NCBI RefSeq assembly: GCF_006345805.1
Contig: NC_042997.1
Span: 102,548,001-102,612,000, forward strand
Source: Octopus sinensis
Taxonomy: Eukaryota
Direction of reading: 5' to 3'
DNA length: 64,000 nt
Within the stretch, counting starts at the first letter, position 1. Every line of letters begins with the position of its first letter. Shown here piece by piece: positions 22,601-37,300 of this stretch. A model generated the notes under the pieces. It saw only the letters and a list, made by a program, of their open reading frames with translations, was not told the DNA's origin and did not search any database. The position numbers and the translations under genes are program-made.

Positions 22601-25600
22601 AATGATATTCCACTGATATGCAGAGTGCACTGGGAAAACTTTCTTGAGAGTACCAGTGCAACAGATTTTTGAAGCTGAGCCAACTGGCAAGAGATCTAGG
22701 GGTAGATTAAGAATGAGATGGTTGGATAATATCCTAATCTCAGTTGGTAGTGCTTTGGGAATCCAACCTGAAATTCAGATAACAGTTGCTTCTGAAAAGA
22801 CCCTATGGGGGAGGTGCCAGAGGACTGCTCCCCCAGCCAATCCAAGGAATTGTAGGTGAAGAAGAAAGATGTATGGATCAATCAATCTATAATTGAACAA
22901 AGAGACAATCAGAAAGTTATTGAGGCCAGTAGTATATGTACAAAGTGATAACAAAAAGCTTTCATTTAAAATGTTTTTATTTAAATTAAAGTGGTGAATC
23001 ATTAATACATTGGACAAAATGCTTAGCAGCACTTCTTCCAGCCTGTTATGTTCTGAGTTAAAATTCCACTGAAGTTGACTTTGTCTTTCGTCCTTCCAGA
23101 GTCAATAAAATAAAATAGGCTTGCAACCAACTTGCTCCACCCTTCAGAATTATTGGCCTTTGTACCAAAATTGGAAGAATCATAAAATGATTGAACTTTT
23201 TGTAAATTATGTCATTATAAAACACTAATTTGGTACAGTGGATTAGCAGATTGTCAAGACTGTCACAAAAAGATATTTTGTGATTTTTTTTAGGATCTTT
23301 ACTTTCTGTGTTTAAATCCTGCTGAGATTAACTGTTCCTTTCAAACTCTCAGGGTCGATAAATAAAAAAGTAGTCTAATATTGGGATTGGTATAATTGAC
23401 TATTCCTTCCTCTAATATTTCAGGCCTTGTTTATATGGTAGAAACCATTGTTAAACATTAATTTAATAACAATGAAATGCTTATTGAATAAAATCCCTCT
23501 AAAAGATGAATTCTTGATAATGCAATTATACTTTTCCAGACTTCATTTTTAAAGATGAAGCATTGTTTTGATATTTACATCTACTCTACATTTCAATTGG
23601 TTTTAATTGATGTCTGATTGTCATCAGAAACCGTCATTCCAAAAGACTAAAATTGTGATTATAATGAATTTTAAAGTAAATTGTATATATCAATTATAAA
23701 TACAAATTATTATTTGATTCTGTTTTCTTTCAGTGGCGTGAAGTTGCTCGACAACTTGATGGCGTTTTACGAATTGGTGCTGTGAATTGTCAGGATGACT
23801 GGAACTTATGTCGTATGCAAGGAATTCGTTCCTATCCAACCTTAATGCTTTATCCAGTGGTAAGATAAATTTGAATGCCATTATCCTGTAGGATATTACA
23901 TCTTTCCTTTGTCTCCGAGCAATTGAGTGTTTCTAATTATTAAAAAGAAAATAGGTGCTGGCATGGTTTTGTGGTTATGAATTAATTTTTAAAACATATA
24001 GTTTCAGATTCAATCCCAGTGCATGATACCTTGACCAATGTGAATTTGGAAGATTTCTCTTATATCTAAGTTTTCTCTCAATACATTTTATTGTACCTGC
24101 ATACTGATATTGCTCATTCAGTGGAGCATACTAGCTTCATTCCTTTTTAGTTTTTTCATGTCCACTGCGTTCAGGTCTAATGTCTCATTATCATGTACAT
24201 TGCTGTTTGTATCACCATACAATCTACCTTTCACTCTGAGACAGAAACAGTTTGCAGCCAGCAGATGTAATAGCTCTTTGAACTTTCTCTATCCTATTCT
24301 TGTTCAAGCAACAATAACTTCAGAACATCCTCCTCCACTGCAAATTAGGTCACTTAGGTAACAGAAACTATCTACTACTTTTAGTGAGCTTTCAGGCATT
24401 CTAGAAAATCTATTTCCTGGCACATCTTTCATATACAAACACTAATTCTCTTTGTTAGTCTTCCTGTGATTCTGCTGTACCTTTTACATATTCATAATTT
24501 GCACTTGGTACACTGAATGGAATTCCTGCCTACACCTTTTCTACATATAAAGCAGGGTTATTTAATTGATGGAAGCAGAGTCCTGTTTAATATCCTGCTT
24601 ATTAACACTTTGGTTTTTGCTAAGTTAACTTTAAGATCTTTTGATTTCAGGTTTTGTTTCTACACCTGGATTTTCTTTTCTAGTTCTACTATAGTTTCTG
24701 CTATAGAACGAGGTTGTTGACATAAAGGTTTTATTGAGGGCAATGAGTCTTAAATAGCTCTTGTAGCCTTGGGAACTATGATGAATAGGAGGGGGACTGA
24801 GAACTGAGTTCTGGTGAACTTGTACACTAAATTTATTGCTGTACTTGTTGCTAACTCTTATCTCATTGACATTACATGACTTATATAGCTCTTACAAGCT
24901 ATTTATCTATCCCCAAGTTTTTCAGAGGGCACAAGATCACTGAGAGACAGAGTCTGTCAAAGGGTTTCTCCAGGTCAACAAATGCCAAGTACAGTGGTTT
25001 ACTTTTAACTAAATACTCCTCTTACAGTTATCCAGTCATCTTACTAGGAAGATGATTTCAGTTGTAGTAGTTACCAATAATGCTGCTCCACCAGTATTAA
25101 GAATGACACCTTGTGAAACCTGATTAACAATACAGGTGACTAGACTGTATTCTACTCCACCAAGTTATATTTTAAGCAACTCAACAGTGATTCCTGATGG
25201 ACTAGGGGCCTTTCCCTGCCTTCATCTCCTTATTGCTCTATCTGTCATACTGCTGTCAATTAGGATAGCTGGTCTTTCTTTTGGGTTCACATTAGGAGGA
25301 CCTGTTTTCTCCTGAGCTTTCTCCATATTTAATAGCCTTTCATTGTAGCAGTTTAATTACTATACATGTTCACCACACAAAGGTTAGTAAGATATAGATA
25401 TGTACTTAAACTCTGAGTGCTGTGATAAAATATACTTAAACACAATGAGAGTTGAAGTAATGGAGTAAGCAGTATACTCTAAGAGTAAGTAAAGACATTC
25501 AATAATAATAATAATAATGATGTATTAATTATACTCCTAAGCAATGGCTTTTAATGCTGTGGATAATTATATTTTTATGAAGAAATTGTAAATTACAAAT

Positions 25601-28600
25601 TTCAATTAGGAGATATAATTGTTAAAGGATTTAGTTAGTGTTACAATTGGGTAGCTGTTCTTATATTTTACCCTCTGCTTTTTTCCTTTTTTTTATCTTC
25701 AAATATCTTGTCTTGAACTCTTATGGAAGTTATCTCTACACCTATTTTCTTCTTCATTTGTATGTTGTCATCATCACTATCATTTTATTATGATGCTCTT
25801 TATTTAGATTGTTAGTCTAGTAGTAATAGTAGATGGAGAAGGAGGAGGAAGACGTGAATATTGACCAGCTGACAATTTCTTCCACCTCCTATTACTTCTA
25901 CTAATTCTTCTCCTCCATATCTATAAACTATACTTTTTAACCCACCCTTCATTCCTGGAGCATCTGATCTACCCCAATGGTTTACAGTAGGAAAATAATT
26001 AAAATTAAAATAAAAAAAAAGAAGAAAATCTAGATTGTAAATCTTGGAACATTATGTTTGAAGAAACATAATGTCCTTATTGATTTCATGATAAAGATGA
26101 ATTGCTTGTCATAGATGGTGTTCAGTATTATTTTATCATATTATTTAATATATATTATATCCTATATATTTTATATAGAGAGAAAGGTACAAGGGTGAAC
26201 GAAGCACTGAAGCTCTTATCAAGTATGCCTTGGCAAATGTTCAGGCAAATGTTTTCACATTGTATCCTTCTAACTTCAAGTCTGAAACAACTGAAAGGAA
26301 TCTTCCATGGCTCATAAACTATTGCAGTGGTGATGGAGGTTAGTTTTTATTCAAAATTTTGTAAATGAGAATTATTTGATCCAAGTTGTAAGAAATTTTT
26401 ATAGTTATTTAAAAAAAATATTTGTATTTGAAATTAAAGATTGATAAAATTGGAGTTTTTAATTAATAATATAAACTTTGACAGAAAAATGCATTGTAAC
26501 AAAACATTTGGTTCAGGCATGGTAGTGTGGATAACCCTTTAGCATTTGAACTGGCCATATGTTCTGCCGATTTTATATTCAGATTAGCCAAATCCAGCCT
26601 CTCACACCTACCCTACAATGTCATTTTATAGTAAACAATCACATCATCAAAATTAAGAAAGTTTGTTTCTCAACAAGATGGTTTCAGGTTCAGCCCCAAC
26701 TGTGTAGCTCCTTTGGCAAGTGTCTTTTTGTTATAGCCCCAGGTTGACCAAAGCTTTGTGAGTGGATTTGGGTGGCCAAAACTGAAAGAAGCCCATTGTA
26801 TGTATGTGTGTATTTCATATTGACATCGTGTGCTTATGATAAACAAACCTCACCTTCATGTATATGGTGTTGTTGTTTGCCATCTTCCTTGAAAATATGT
26901 TCAGCCATTGTGCTGTTTGTGTTCAAAAGATCAAAGGGAATATTACTTTGCTTGTGAATATATGATGCTTGACAAAAAGAGGAGCATTCAGCCATAGAAA
27001 ATTTGCCTCAACAAATTTCATGTGAACTATACAAGCATGGTAGAATGAATGTTAAAATGATGATGGATAGGGAAGTATCATTAAGTTAGATATAGTAATC
27101 TGATATTTTTTTGCTTTAGTATATGGTTTTAGTAGTGGAGGCGCGTGGCTTAGTGGTTAGGGTGTCAGCATCATGATTGTAAGATTGTGGTTTTGATTCC
27201 TGGACTGGGTGACGTGTTGTGTTCTTGAGCAAAACACTTCATTTCACATTGCTCCAATCCACTCAGCTGGCAAAAATGAGTAATGCTGCGATGGACTGGC
27301 ATCCCGTCCAGCTGGGGAACACATACGCCATAGAAACCGGGAAACGGCCCATGAACCTGGCTAGGATTTAAAAAGGGCACATTTATTTTATTTATATGGT
27401 TTTAGTTAACAAAATATGCATGAAAATTAATTTTAAAAATTAGCAATGTTGCTCTTTTCTCTTAAGAAAAACTCACAACAACTTTATTTCTAGTTACCTT
27501 TTTTAATGGTCTAAGTATTTAAATATGTTTGGACTAACTTACATATTTCTAATGTTTGCCCATTTTACCTTGTTTCAGATTGCTTGTCTTCCAATACTGA
27601 ACTGAAAGTAGCTACCATGTTGGTAAGTGTCTTTCACATTTCTTTTTGAAATGAATTCTCTCCTTAAATTAAAAAAAAAAAAAACATTCTTAAATTGCCT
27701 TTTCACTCTATTAAATTTTCAGGAAAGTTTGGTGAATGTCGGAACAGTCAATTGTGATAGACATAGTTCCTTATGTTCAAAAATGGGAGCCAGTGATGGT
27801 GTATATTTTTACAAATTGGGAGAAGTGGAGAAAGACAAAGGAATGGTAAGTTATAATACCAATTTGTTTATCTAATTGAAAAATCATCAAGAAGTAAATT
27901 GTGTAGGATTTACAGTGACTGCTGAAATGTAAACTATTTTATAAAGTACCATTTAAAGATAGTTGTGACAAAAGAATTATAATAACAACAAACTGAATTG
28001 TGTAGGTTTTTGTCTGTTCTGTTTTGACATGTTTTTAAATGTGACAAACATTAGGTGATTCAGATGTCCCTTTAGCATTTAAGTAACATAGAAATTTGTG
28101 ATTTTTTTTTTATAGTGTTATAGTGTTTTTATGTATTTTCAATACTGTCATTGCAATTTTGCTGTGAGTATTTATTCATTTGTTTATTTCATGTCTGTTT
28201 TTCCATACCAGCATGAATTTAGATGGCAAGTTGTTTGAGACAGGATATTCTGGCTGGATGCTCTTTCTATCACCAACCCTTACCTGTTTTCCAAGTCAGG
28301 GATTTCTTTATTCCAAATGTGTTTCAAATGTACTGAGTGATTGATCCTAATGTCAACGAATGTTGACATCGCTACCACTTCACTCAATCAGTGACAAGCA
28401 TGGTGTATGAGCTTTCACATATTCATCTGACTCATGCTAGCATGGAAAAGTGTACATAAAATAAACAAATGAATACATGTGTATGTGTGTGTGTGTGTAT
28501 ATTTTCTCTCACCTTTTTCAGTCATTTGACTATGGCCACACTGGAGCACAGCCTTAAAGTGTTTTAGTCGGATAAATCGACCCCAGGACTTACTTTTTAA

Positions 28601-31347
28601 GCCTAGTACTTATTCTATCAGTCACTTTTGCTGAACCACTAAGTTATGGTGATACAAGCACACCAATACCAGTTGTCAAGCAGTGATAGGGGTGAAGAGG
28701 GCCAAACACAGACGCAAAAACACACGTAGATATCTATCTCTCTTTGCTCTTTTACTTGTTTCAGTCATTTGACTGTGGCCATGCTGGATCACTGCTTTTG
28801 TTGACCCCAGGACTTATTCTTTGTAAGCCTAGTACTTATTCTATTGGTCTCTTTTGCTGAACCGCTAAGTTATGGGGATGTAAACACCAGCATCGGTTGT
28901 CAAACGATGTTGGGGAGACAAACACATACACACATACATACACATATATATATATATATATATATACTGTGTAGAAGGCATGAAACCAACTCGTTAATCA
29001 CATAGCTGTGCTTGCATCACATTGTTTTATAAGTTTACTATCATTATTAAAAGATGGGAGAATGTTCATTTTCCTAAAAATAACAGCCATGAATTCATCT
29101 CTCAGCAAGACACCTGTCCTGACCTTCTATTATACTTTCATATTCTTCAATACTATTCCCTACACAGTTAAAGGGTTTTGCCTTGCAAGTACATAGTAAT
29201 CTCACTAGTGCTTGGCCATGAGAAAGCACACAGTACACTCTGTAAAGTGGTTGGTGTTAGGAAGGGCATCCAGCTGTAAAAACCATACCAAAGCAGTGGG
29301 GCTTAGTGCAGCCCTCTGGCTTGTCAATTCCTGTTGGACTATCCAACCCATGCCAGCATGTAAAAAGGAACATTAAATGATGATAATAACAATATACAGA
29401 GACACACTACATAGGTAATTCTGCTGTATGCATGAATTAAATGATTAAACAAAATAAATGATGCAAAATTGTTTATATATTCTTAATTTTTGTTCTAGTT
29501 TTAAAATCACATTTTCTTCAAAAATAAACAATTGTGGCTTCAGTTTTTTTGTGCATTATCTGTACATTTATTTTCTCTAACACATCGGCAGGCCATTTCA
29601 AGTCTTGTAGCTCAAGAAGTTGCACATGAAGTTTTATTACAACTACCTGATGTCACACTCTTGAATGAAGAACAACTTCAGGTAAGATTTTAAAATTTCT
29701 CTTTTATTTATATCTGTTTATTTTAGATTTTGTGTCTAGGTTTTCTTTATAAAAACCTAGATTATTATAAGCCTTAGTTTTCTCAGACAGTTGACCACTT
29801 TTACTGATTTCCTTTTTTATGATTAAATAAACATATAATTTTCATGTGAGGGATCTAGGTTATTGGTATACCCACTGGTTGTAATTTAGTTTCTGTAGAA
29901 TTATGTATTACAAATTCCTGTGTATATCACCTAATTTTGGAAGGTATTTGGTGTAGTAGTGAACATTGTGTTAGAGCTTTTGGTTAGTACAATATTCTCA
30001 TTGATTAAAGTTTCCAGTCATAGGTTTGGGAGAGGTCATTTACTTTGTTACAGGCATCAAAGAGATGTTCCTAGGAGCAGTCATCCAAATGTGCCTTCTT
30101 TTGCCCATATGCTCAGCATTGCAGGATTTGCATGTAATACAGAGGGTCATGGTGTTGCAGTTGTTAGTACCAGATAAATTGAAATATTGGCTAGCAGACT
30201 GATGTATCATAACATCTCATTCTGATTATTTTGAATATGGGAGACCCTGTATTTCAGACATTGCTTTTCTCACCGTTATTGTTTTACATCTACTGTCCTT
30301 CCATCCTGGCATGGGTTGGACAAGTTCTTTAAGGCAGTGTTTTATTGCTGGATGCTCTTTTTTTTTTGCTAATCCTTGTAGTCACCTCTAACAACACCCA
30401 GGGTTCTACTAAAACTATGGTATAATTATATATATTTATAGATGCTTAAAATATTAAGTCCATTCCTTTGTTGGTTTTCTCCTATTATCATTGTTTTTCC
30501 CTCTGATATTGTAATAATTATCTATCCATGTTAACAATCTTCTAATACTTTCTTACCAGAATATCAGACATGAAAATGAAGAAAACACAGCATGGGTTGT
30601 TCATTTCTTTGATAAAGATGAAGTTAATTTGGAATTGAGAAAGATTCCAAGCCTTCTTGAAGATGAAAACATTCATGTAAGTTGTTAGTTCGTTAATATT
30701 TTTCTTAAATATATTACAAGAAACACTAAGAAGTCACTCCTTACTTACCAGTTATGTGATAAAACATTATAGTTATGAAACATTACTATTATGACATATC
30801 AGGAATATATTTGTTAATTATTGAAATAGTTGTGGATACTTAATGTGCAACCACAAATCTAAAATTCTAGGTAAGGTTCAGTTTTTTAACTATTCATTCT
30901 CCAACCAATTATTTCCTCCATAGAAAATGTGTGTAAAACGTAATTATGTTTATAGTTTCTTACATTGACACTTGATAAGGGAAGGTGTATAGTGTCTGAA
31001 AATTGTCAGTGCATGACTGATAATGATTTTACTAGTTCCAGAAGGATGAAATAAAAAGTTGATTGTAGTAGGATTTGAAGATTTGAACATAGAGAAATGA
31101 AGTTAAATGCCACAAGTAATTAAAGTGCTCTTGGCAATTTCAGCTACCTTACCATCCAAAATATAGAGGTGATAATGATACTCCCTTCACTCAACCAGTT
31201 ATTCTATCACAAGGATTTTTGTTAAAGTAAGTGTGTTGTGTTGATCATTAGATTATTTTAAACCTAACATTACTCTGTCAAATGTAATGTTGATTCATAT
31301 CATTTTCAACTAATCATTTATCATCTTGTAGCATTGAGATTTCAATG

Positions 31348-31379
<32 letters not shown>

Positions 31380-34300
31380 TGTGTACAGTGCTCAGGTGCA
31401 CGACAACTCATCTAAAGTGTATATATAATCAGGTGTAGTTTCGGCGGATTTCGGAAAGCATGAGGGCCTTAAAGGATGCAGTGTCATGGCAGTCAACAAC
31501 TGATGCAGGCAGTTTATTCCATGCTTCAGCAACTCTGAGCGTGAAAAAATGTTTCCGAAAGTCATGGGAGCTGTGTTGTTTTCTGATGTGATTATATATT
31601 TTTAAAATGACATTGTAGGGTAGGAGAGGCAGGATCTAGCCAGTTTGAAGATAAAACGGAAAGAATATTTGGGCTGGATATGGCTTTGGATTAATGTGTG
31701 TGAGTTTGGGTGGGTGGGTTTATCAAAACAGTTTGATTCAAATTCGTTGGTACTCTTGAATTTACAACGAATTTGAATCAAACTTTTGATCCATACGTGT
31801 AACTTCCAATAAATTGGTTGAGTGCCTTTCTTTCATTTGTCCACTCATATATATATATATATATATATTTATCTTGTTTCAGTCATTTGCCTGCAGTGTG
31901 GCCATGCAGCTATGCTGGGGCACTGCCCTGAAGGGCTTCAGTTGAACTAATTGACTCCAGGACTTTAAGACTTTTTAAGCCTAGTACTTATTCTATCAGT
32001 CTCTTTGCAAAACCGCTAAATTATGGGGACATAAACTCACCAGTTGTCAAATAGTGATGGACAACAAACACAGGATATATGTAAAAGCTATTGTATTTTG
32101 TTTTTAGATAAATATGAAACCTGAGATTTTTATGTGAGGGGAATAGGTGATTGTGATGTTTGTGTTTTTTTACAAGGGCAAAAAGGGTCTGAAATGAAGT
32201 GGCTCTAACAGTAACCAATCACAAAGTATCTTAACATCAAAGGAAGCTTTTACAGGGTTACTTTACCTGCTGGAAATAGCAGCCATATCTCCCTCAAAGC
32301 ACATACCATAGAAAAAGGACACTTTGGATAATATAGTCCTACATCTTGTCATCTTATCTGAAAATAAAGATGTGATGGTCATGGCAGGAAAATCTTTGAT
32401 CATAGGTTTGCTTAATGAGGGCTGAGTTAAGCTAAACAACAGATGATACTGTATGAATTATATGGTTTTTCCTTTCAATACAATATTTTTTAGGTTGGTC
32501 GTGTTGACTGTAGGATTCTCCAGAATGAATGTCACCAGTTACATATTTTTAAAATGCCAACTTTTGTCCTCTTCAAATCAAGTGGTGGCCATGAAATATA
32601 TTATGGTAAGGAAACGGTTTTAAGAAATATCTTTTATGCTGTTTTTGCATGAATGCTAAAATATAATCTTTTATCTTTCACTTGTTTTAGATATTGGACT
32701 GTGGCCATACTGTGGCATGACCTTAAAGGGTTTTAGTCTAACTAATCAACCCTCGTATTTTTTTTTTAAGTCTGATATTTATTTTATCTGTCTTTTTTGC
32801 CAAACTGCCAAGTTGTGGAGATGTAGACAAACCAAGACCATTTGTCAAGTGGGGTGTGTGTGTTTGTGGGGGGGACAAACACATGCGTGCACACACACAC
32901 ACTTCCACACAGTTTCCATCTACCAAATTCACTTACATAGCATTGATCACCCTGAAGCTATAGTAGAAGACACTTACCCAAGATACTGTATACTGAGTCT
33001 GAACTCGAAACCATGTGGTTGCAAAGCACGCTTCTTAATCACACAGCCATTTTGTGTAGCTAAATAGAAGATGAGCTCATTTGGAAGTTAATTTCTTTTT
33101 GTGAAACCACAACTTTGTAATTCACTTGTGTTTACAGGTGTGAGAATTTGATGAAATATAAATCTTCTCTTTGACAAAATGCTAGTCTGTTGTAGGGATC
33201 TCTCCCAAATAACTTAAAATGATAATAATGAACTTATTGTATATAATGCTCAGGTGCAAAACCTACCAAAAAAAGTAACCAAAATTTCATGAACAGTACA
33301 TAGAATATGCACAGGAAGTGAACAGTGAGAAAGTCTTAAAAAAAGGAAGAAGAAATGGGGGTAGAGGGCATCAGGTTGGCAAATTTCAGGAAGCATGGAA
33401 GTTTTGAAGGTTGTAGTGTTTTGACAGCTAACAACTGATGCAGGTAGTTTATTTCATACTTCAACAATTTTGAGCTTTTCAGTACTGGCTGACTTTTGTA
33501 TTGTTAAGTAAATTAGAGATAGATTTTACTCTACTGGTTATGATGCAGGTTAAACTCAGGCAACATTCTCAGTTGATATGGTACCTACTACTAACATATA
33601 TCATAATTATTTGACTTGTATACAATGTAATGTTGAATATAATGTGACTTGCACTTTTTGTACTTTCGTTTTTCACTTGTGTTTAATGCTATCCCACCAG
33701 TTTTGACTCTGATGCTTTGTATTATATTTCTTTCATAATACATGAGTAAATATAGTAAGTGAACTGAGTCATGTAGATTTAAATGTATGTTCAAATATAC
33801 AGTGAAGCCCCCAAAGTGGATATAGGCTAAAGGTTCTTGCTATTTGACACTCGGTCAGCTCTGAGCAGATTTTGCGAACATTCTAAATTTATGACTACAT
33901 GATCTAATCCAGTGTGTCCTCTAGAAATATCCTCAAGTCATTTCATTTCTGTCTCATCAAGATGCTACCAAGGAATTTCATTAATGATTCTGGTGCCTCT
34001 ACTCAAAAGAAATAACTTCATCTTATATATATATTTATCAATTTCTCAATATGTTATCAATTTCTCAATAGAAATCTTAATTTGAGCAATTTATATAGTT
34101 GCCTCTTACACACACACAGAATATTACTTTTGTTTATTGTGGATCATCAGATCAAATGTAGCATTAAAACTATGCTTTAGTTTATTACTTTCTTAATTTC
34201 AGGTCGTACAACTGCTCATGATGTAGCAGCTTTTGCTAAAGAGAGTGTGAAAGCTTCCTTAGAAGCACTTGGTCCCAACGATTTTCCGCATCGGGTAGTA

Positions 34301-37300
34301 GATAGTCAAGATCCATGGTTTGTTGATTTTTTTGCACCAGTAAGTACATTTCTCTATATTCCTGATCTACCTTTTTAAAATGAATTATGGTATTTGTTAT
34401 TAGGCTAATTTTCAAAATGATATAAATAATGAAAATAATATTCAGATATTTTTGTCATCAATACTTTAAAATATGTTCTGCCATAGTTCACTTTTTTGTG
34501 GTTATTTTTAAAGAAATACACTGCCTATGTGTTTCAATTATTTCTTAAAATAATCAAGAATGTTGGGTAATTTAGGAAAAATATCATTTTTGCAACTTTA
34601 AAGGTTGTTACATTAAATTATGATGGCAAGTTTTAATTTAAATATGAACATTTTTAAGTAAATGGGTTTTTTTAATATATATATATATATATATCATAGA
34701 ACTAGAGGAGCTCTCAGTGAGTTGGTATCAAAAGAATTAAAGAATCTAAATATCAAGTCTTATTAAATTTTCTTTTCTTTTTCTTGATTTGCCTATTCAT
34801 ACTTTTGTTTTTATAGTGGTGCCCTCCATGTATGCGGTTGCTGCCAGAATTTAGAAAAGCATCCAAAAGTTATGGTAAAACAATATCTTTTGGTTCTGTT
34901 GACTGTACTGTACATCAGGGCCTCTGCACTCAGGTATAATAGCTTTTTCTAAAGTTTTTTTTATAAATTCCAAAGTTTTCATAAACTTTGAAGAAAAAAA
35001 AAATGATTTAAATTTTAAGATTTTAATTCTTTGCTTGTCCCATGTATCAAGTAAATATTTCCTTGACATCTATGCATCATATATGATTTACACTCCCAAA
35101 GTTTTTTCAACCACAGAGTAACTTGGGACTTATAAAAGGGAAGATTTATGTTATTCAGAATGAATGAAACAACGACTGAAAGTTTGAAAACAAACATGGA
35201 CAGGCAAAGGATTAAGTGTGTCTTGGACTACAAGATGAAGAGACCAGTTTAAAACTGATTTACAAATAGTCTGTGTTAAAATATGTATTGCTTTTCAAGA
35301 AATACGTTATCTGAAATAATGTTTTTATTGCCTGATTTGAAGACACTGTAGCATATTTCCAAAGATCAGAGTAAATTCTTGGGTAGGGAGGAGGAGGAGA
35401 GAGAGAGAGAGAGAGGAAACTTGGAAGTACACTTTGGGAGTTAGCTCAGAAGTCTACTTGATTAGAGCTGACCTTGGGTTAAATAAATATGAGAACCAAA
35501 GTTATAGAACATTTAAAGTATAAGTAAAACCTCCGTTGAAGAAAATAAATATTTAATTTCCGTAACTGATGATTGTATTTTTTCCCTTGTTTTTTTTTGT
35601 CATTTTAGTACAACATTAGATCTTATCCAACCACTATTTTTTACAATAGAAGCACACCTCATCATTACCATGGTCAACATCGCGCACAAGATATGATTGA
35701 TTTTATTGAGGTAAGCATAATTCCCCTTAGGGGTTTTTACACCTGTTTTATAATTTTTATGGCTTAGCATTCATGTGGCTCCAGATTTAATCCCACTGTA
35801 TGACACCATGGGCAGATGACTTTGATCATACCATTCTGTGGACTCAGAACCTTGTGAGTTAAATTTAGGAGATGAAAACTGTTCAGGAACTCATTAGATG
35901 TACACCCACAAACACGCACACACATAAGTGCTGATGTAGCTGTGTGGTTAAAAAGTTTGCTTCCCAACCACATGGTTTCAGGCTCTGTCTCGCTGCATGG
36001 CACCTTGGGCTTCTACTATAGTGTTGCACCAACCAAAGCTTTGTGAGTGGAATTGGTAGGTGGAAACTGAAAGAAGCCTGTTGTGTATCTGTGTGTGTGT
36101 GTGTGTTTGTGTCTCCTTGTCTTGACATCATGCACATAAATGAATGTCTTGTTACATTAAATTATGATGGCAAGTTTTAATTTAAATATGAACATGTCTG
36201 GCCAAGGGGAATCTTACTTGGAAATGGGTAAGGGTTGGTGACAGGAAAGGCATCTAGCTGTCAAAAATCTGCCATAGATAAATGATGATGATGAGGATGA
36301 TATATAATACCTGTGTGTATCCTGATTTTAGAATAAGTACACTTTAGAATGTCAGGAAGAGCATTTGGTTATAAAACACTGCTTGAGAAAGTCCTGGCCA
36401 ACTCATGCCAGCATAGAAAAGCAAATGTAAAAATAATGGTTCCCCTTCACCATCATCATCACTGCCACAATTACTTCCATCATCATCTCCATCGCTGCTG
36501 CCGCTGCCACCACCATTTCTATTAAAGTGCCCAGGCCCACCAATGCCTTGAGAGTGGATTTGGTTGCTGGAGACTGTGGAAGCCTGTTGTGTGTATGTGT
36601 ATTTGTCCCTGACACTGCTTGAAGACTGGTGTTAGTTTATGTCCTTGCAGCTCAGCAAAAGAGACCAATAGAATAGGTACCAGACTGACAAATAAGTAAT
36701 GGGATTGATTTGTTTGACTAAATCTTTCAAGGTAGTGCTCTAGCATGGCCACAGTCCAATGACTTAAACAAGATAAATGAAAGCAAAATTAAAACTGATT
36801 TACAAATCTCTCTATAGAGGGAAATTTTTTGTTGCTTTCCAAAAAAACACATTTTCTGATATTTTTTTCTCCTTTACTTTCACATTTTACTAGGATACTC
36901 TTCATCCATCTGTAGAACAACTGACTCCTGACAACTTTCATTCCAAAGTTAACCAGCGTGGCCAAAATGAAATCTGGGTTGTTGATTTCTTTGCTCCATG
37001 GTGTGGCCCTTGTCAGCAGTTGGCTCCTGAATGGCGTAAGCTCTCTAAGGTAACACAATATATCTATAAATATATATAAAAGGCAGCGAGCTGGCAGAAT
37101 CGTTAACATGCCTGGCAAAATGCTTAGTGGCATTTCATCTGACTTTACATTCAGAGTTCAAATTCTGTCGAGGTCGACTTATGCTTTCTATTCTTTGGGG
37201 TTCATAAAATAAGTACCAGTCACATGGCAGGGTCGATGTAATTGCTGGCCTTGTGCCAAAATTCGAAACCAATAGGAAGCTTGCTTTGTAGCCACAAGGT

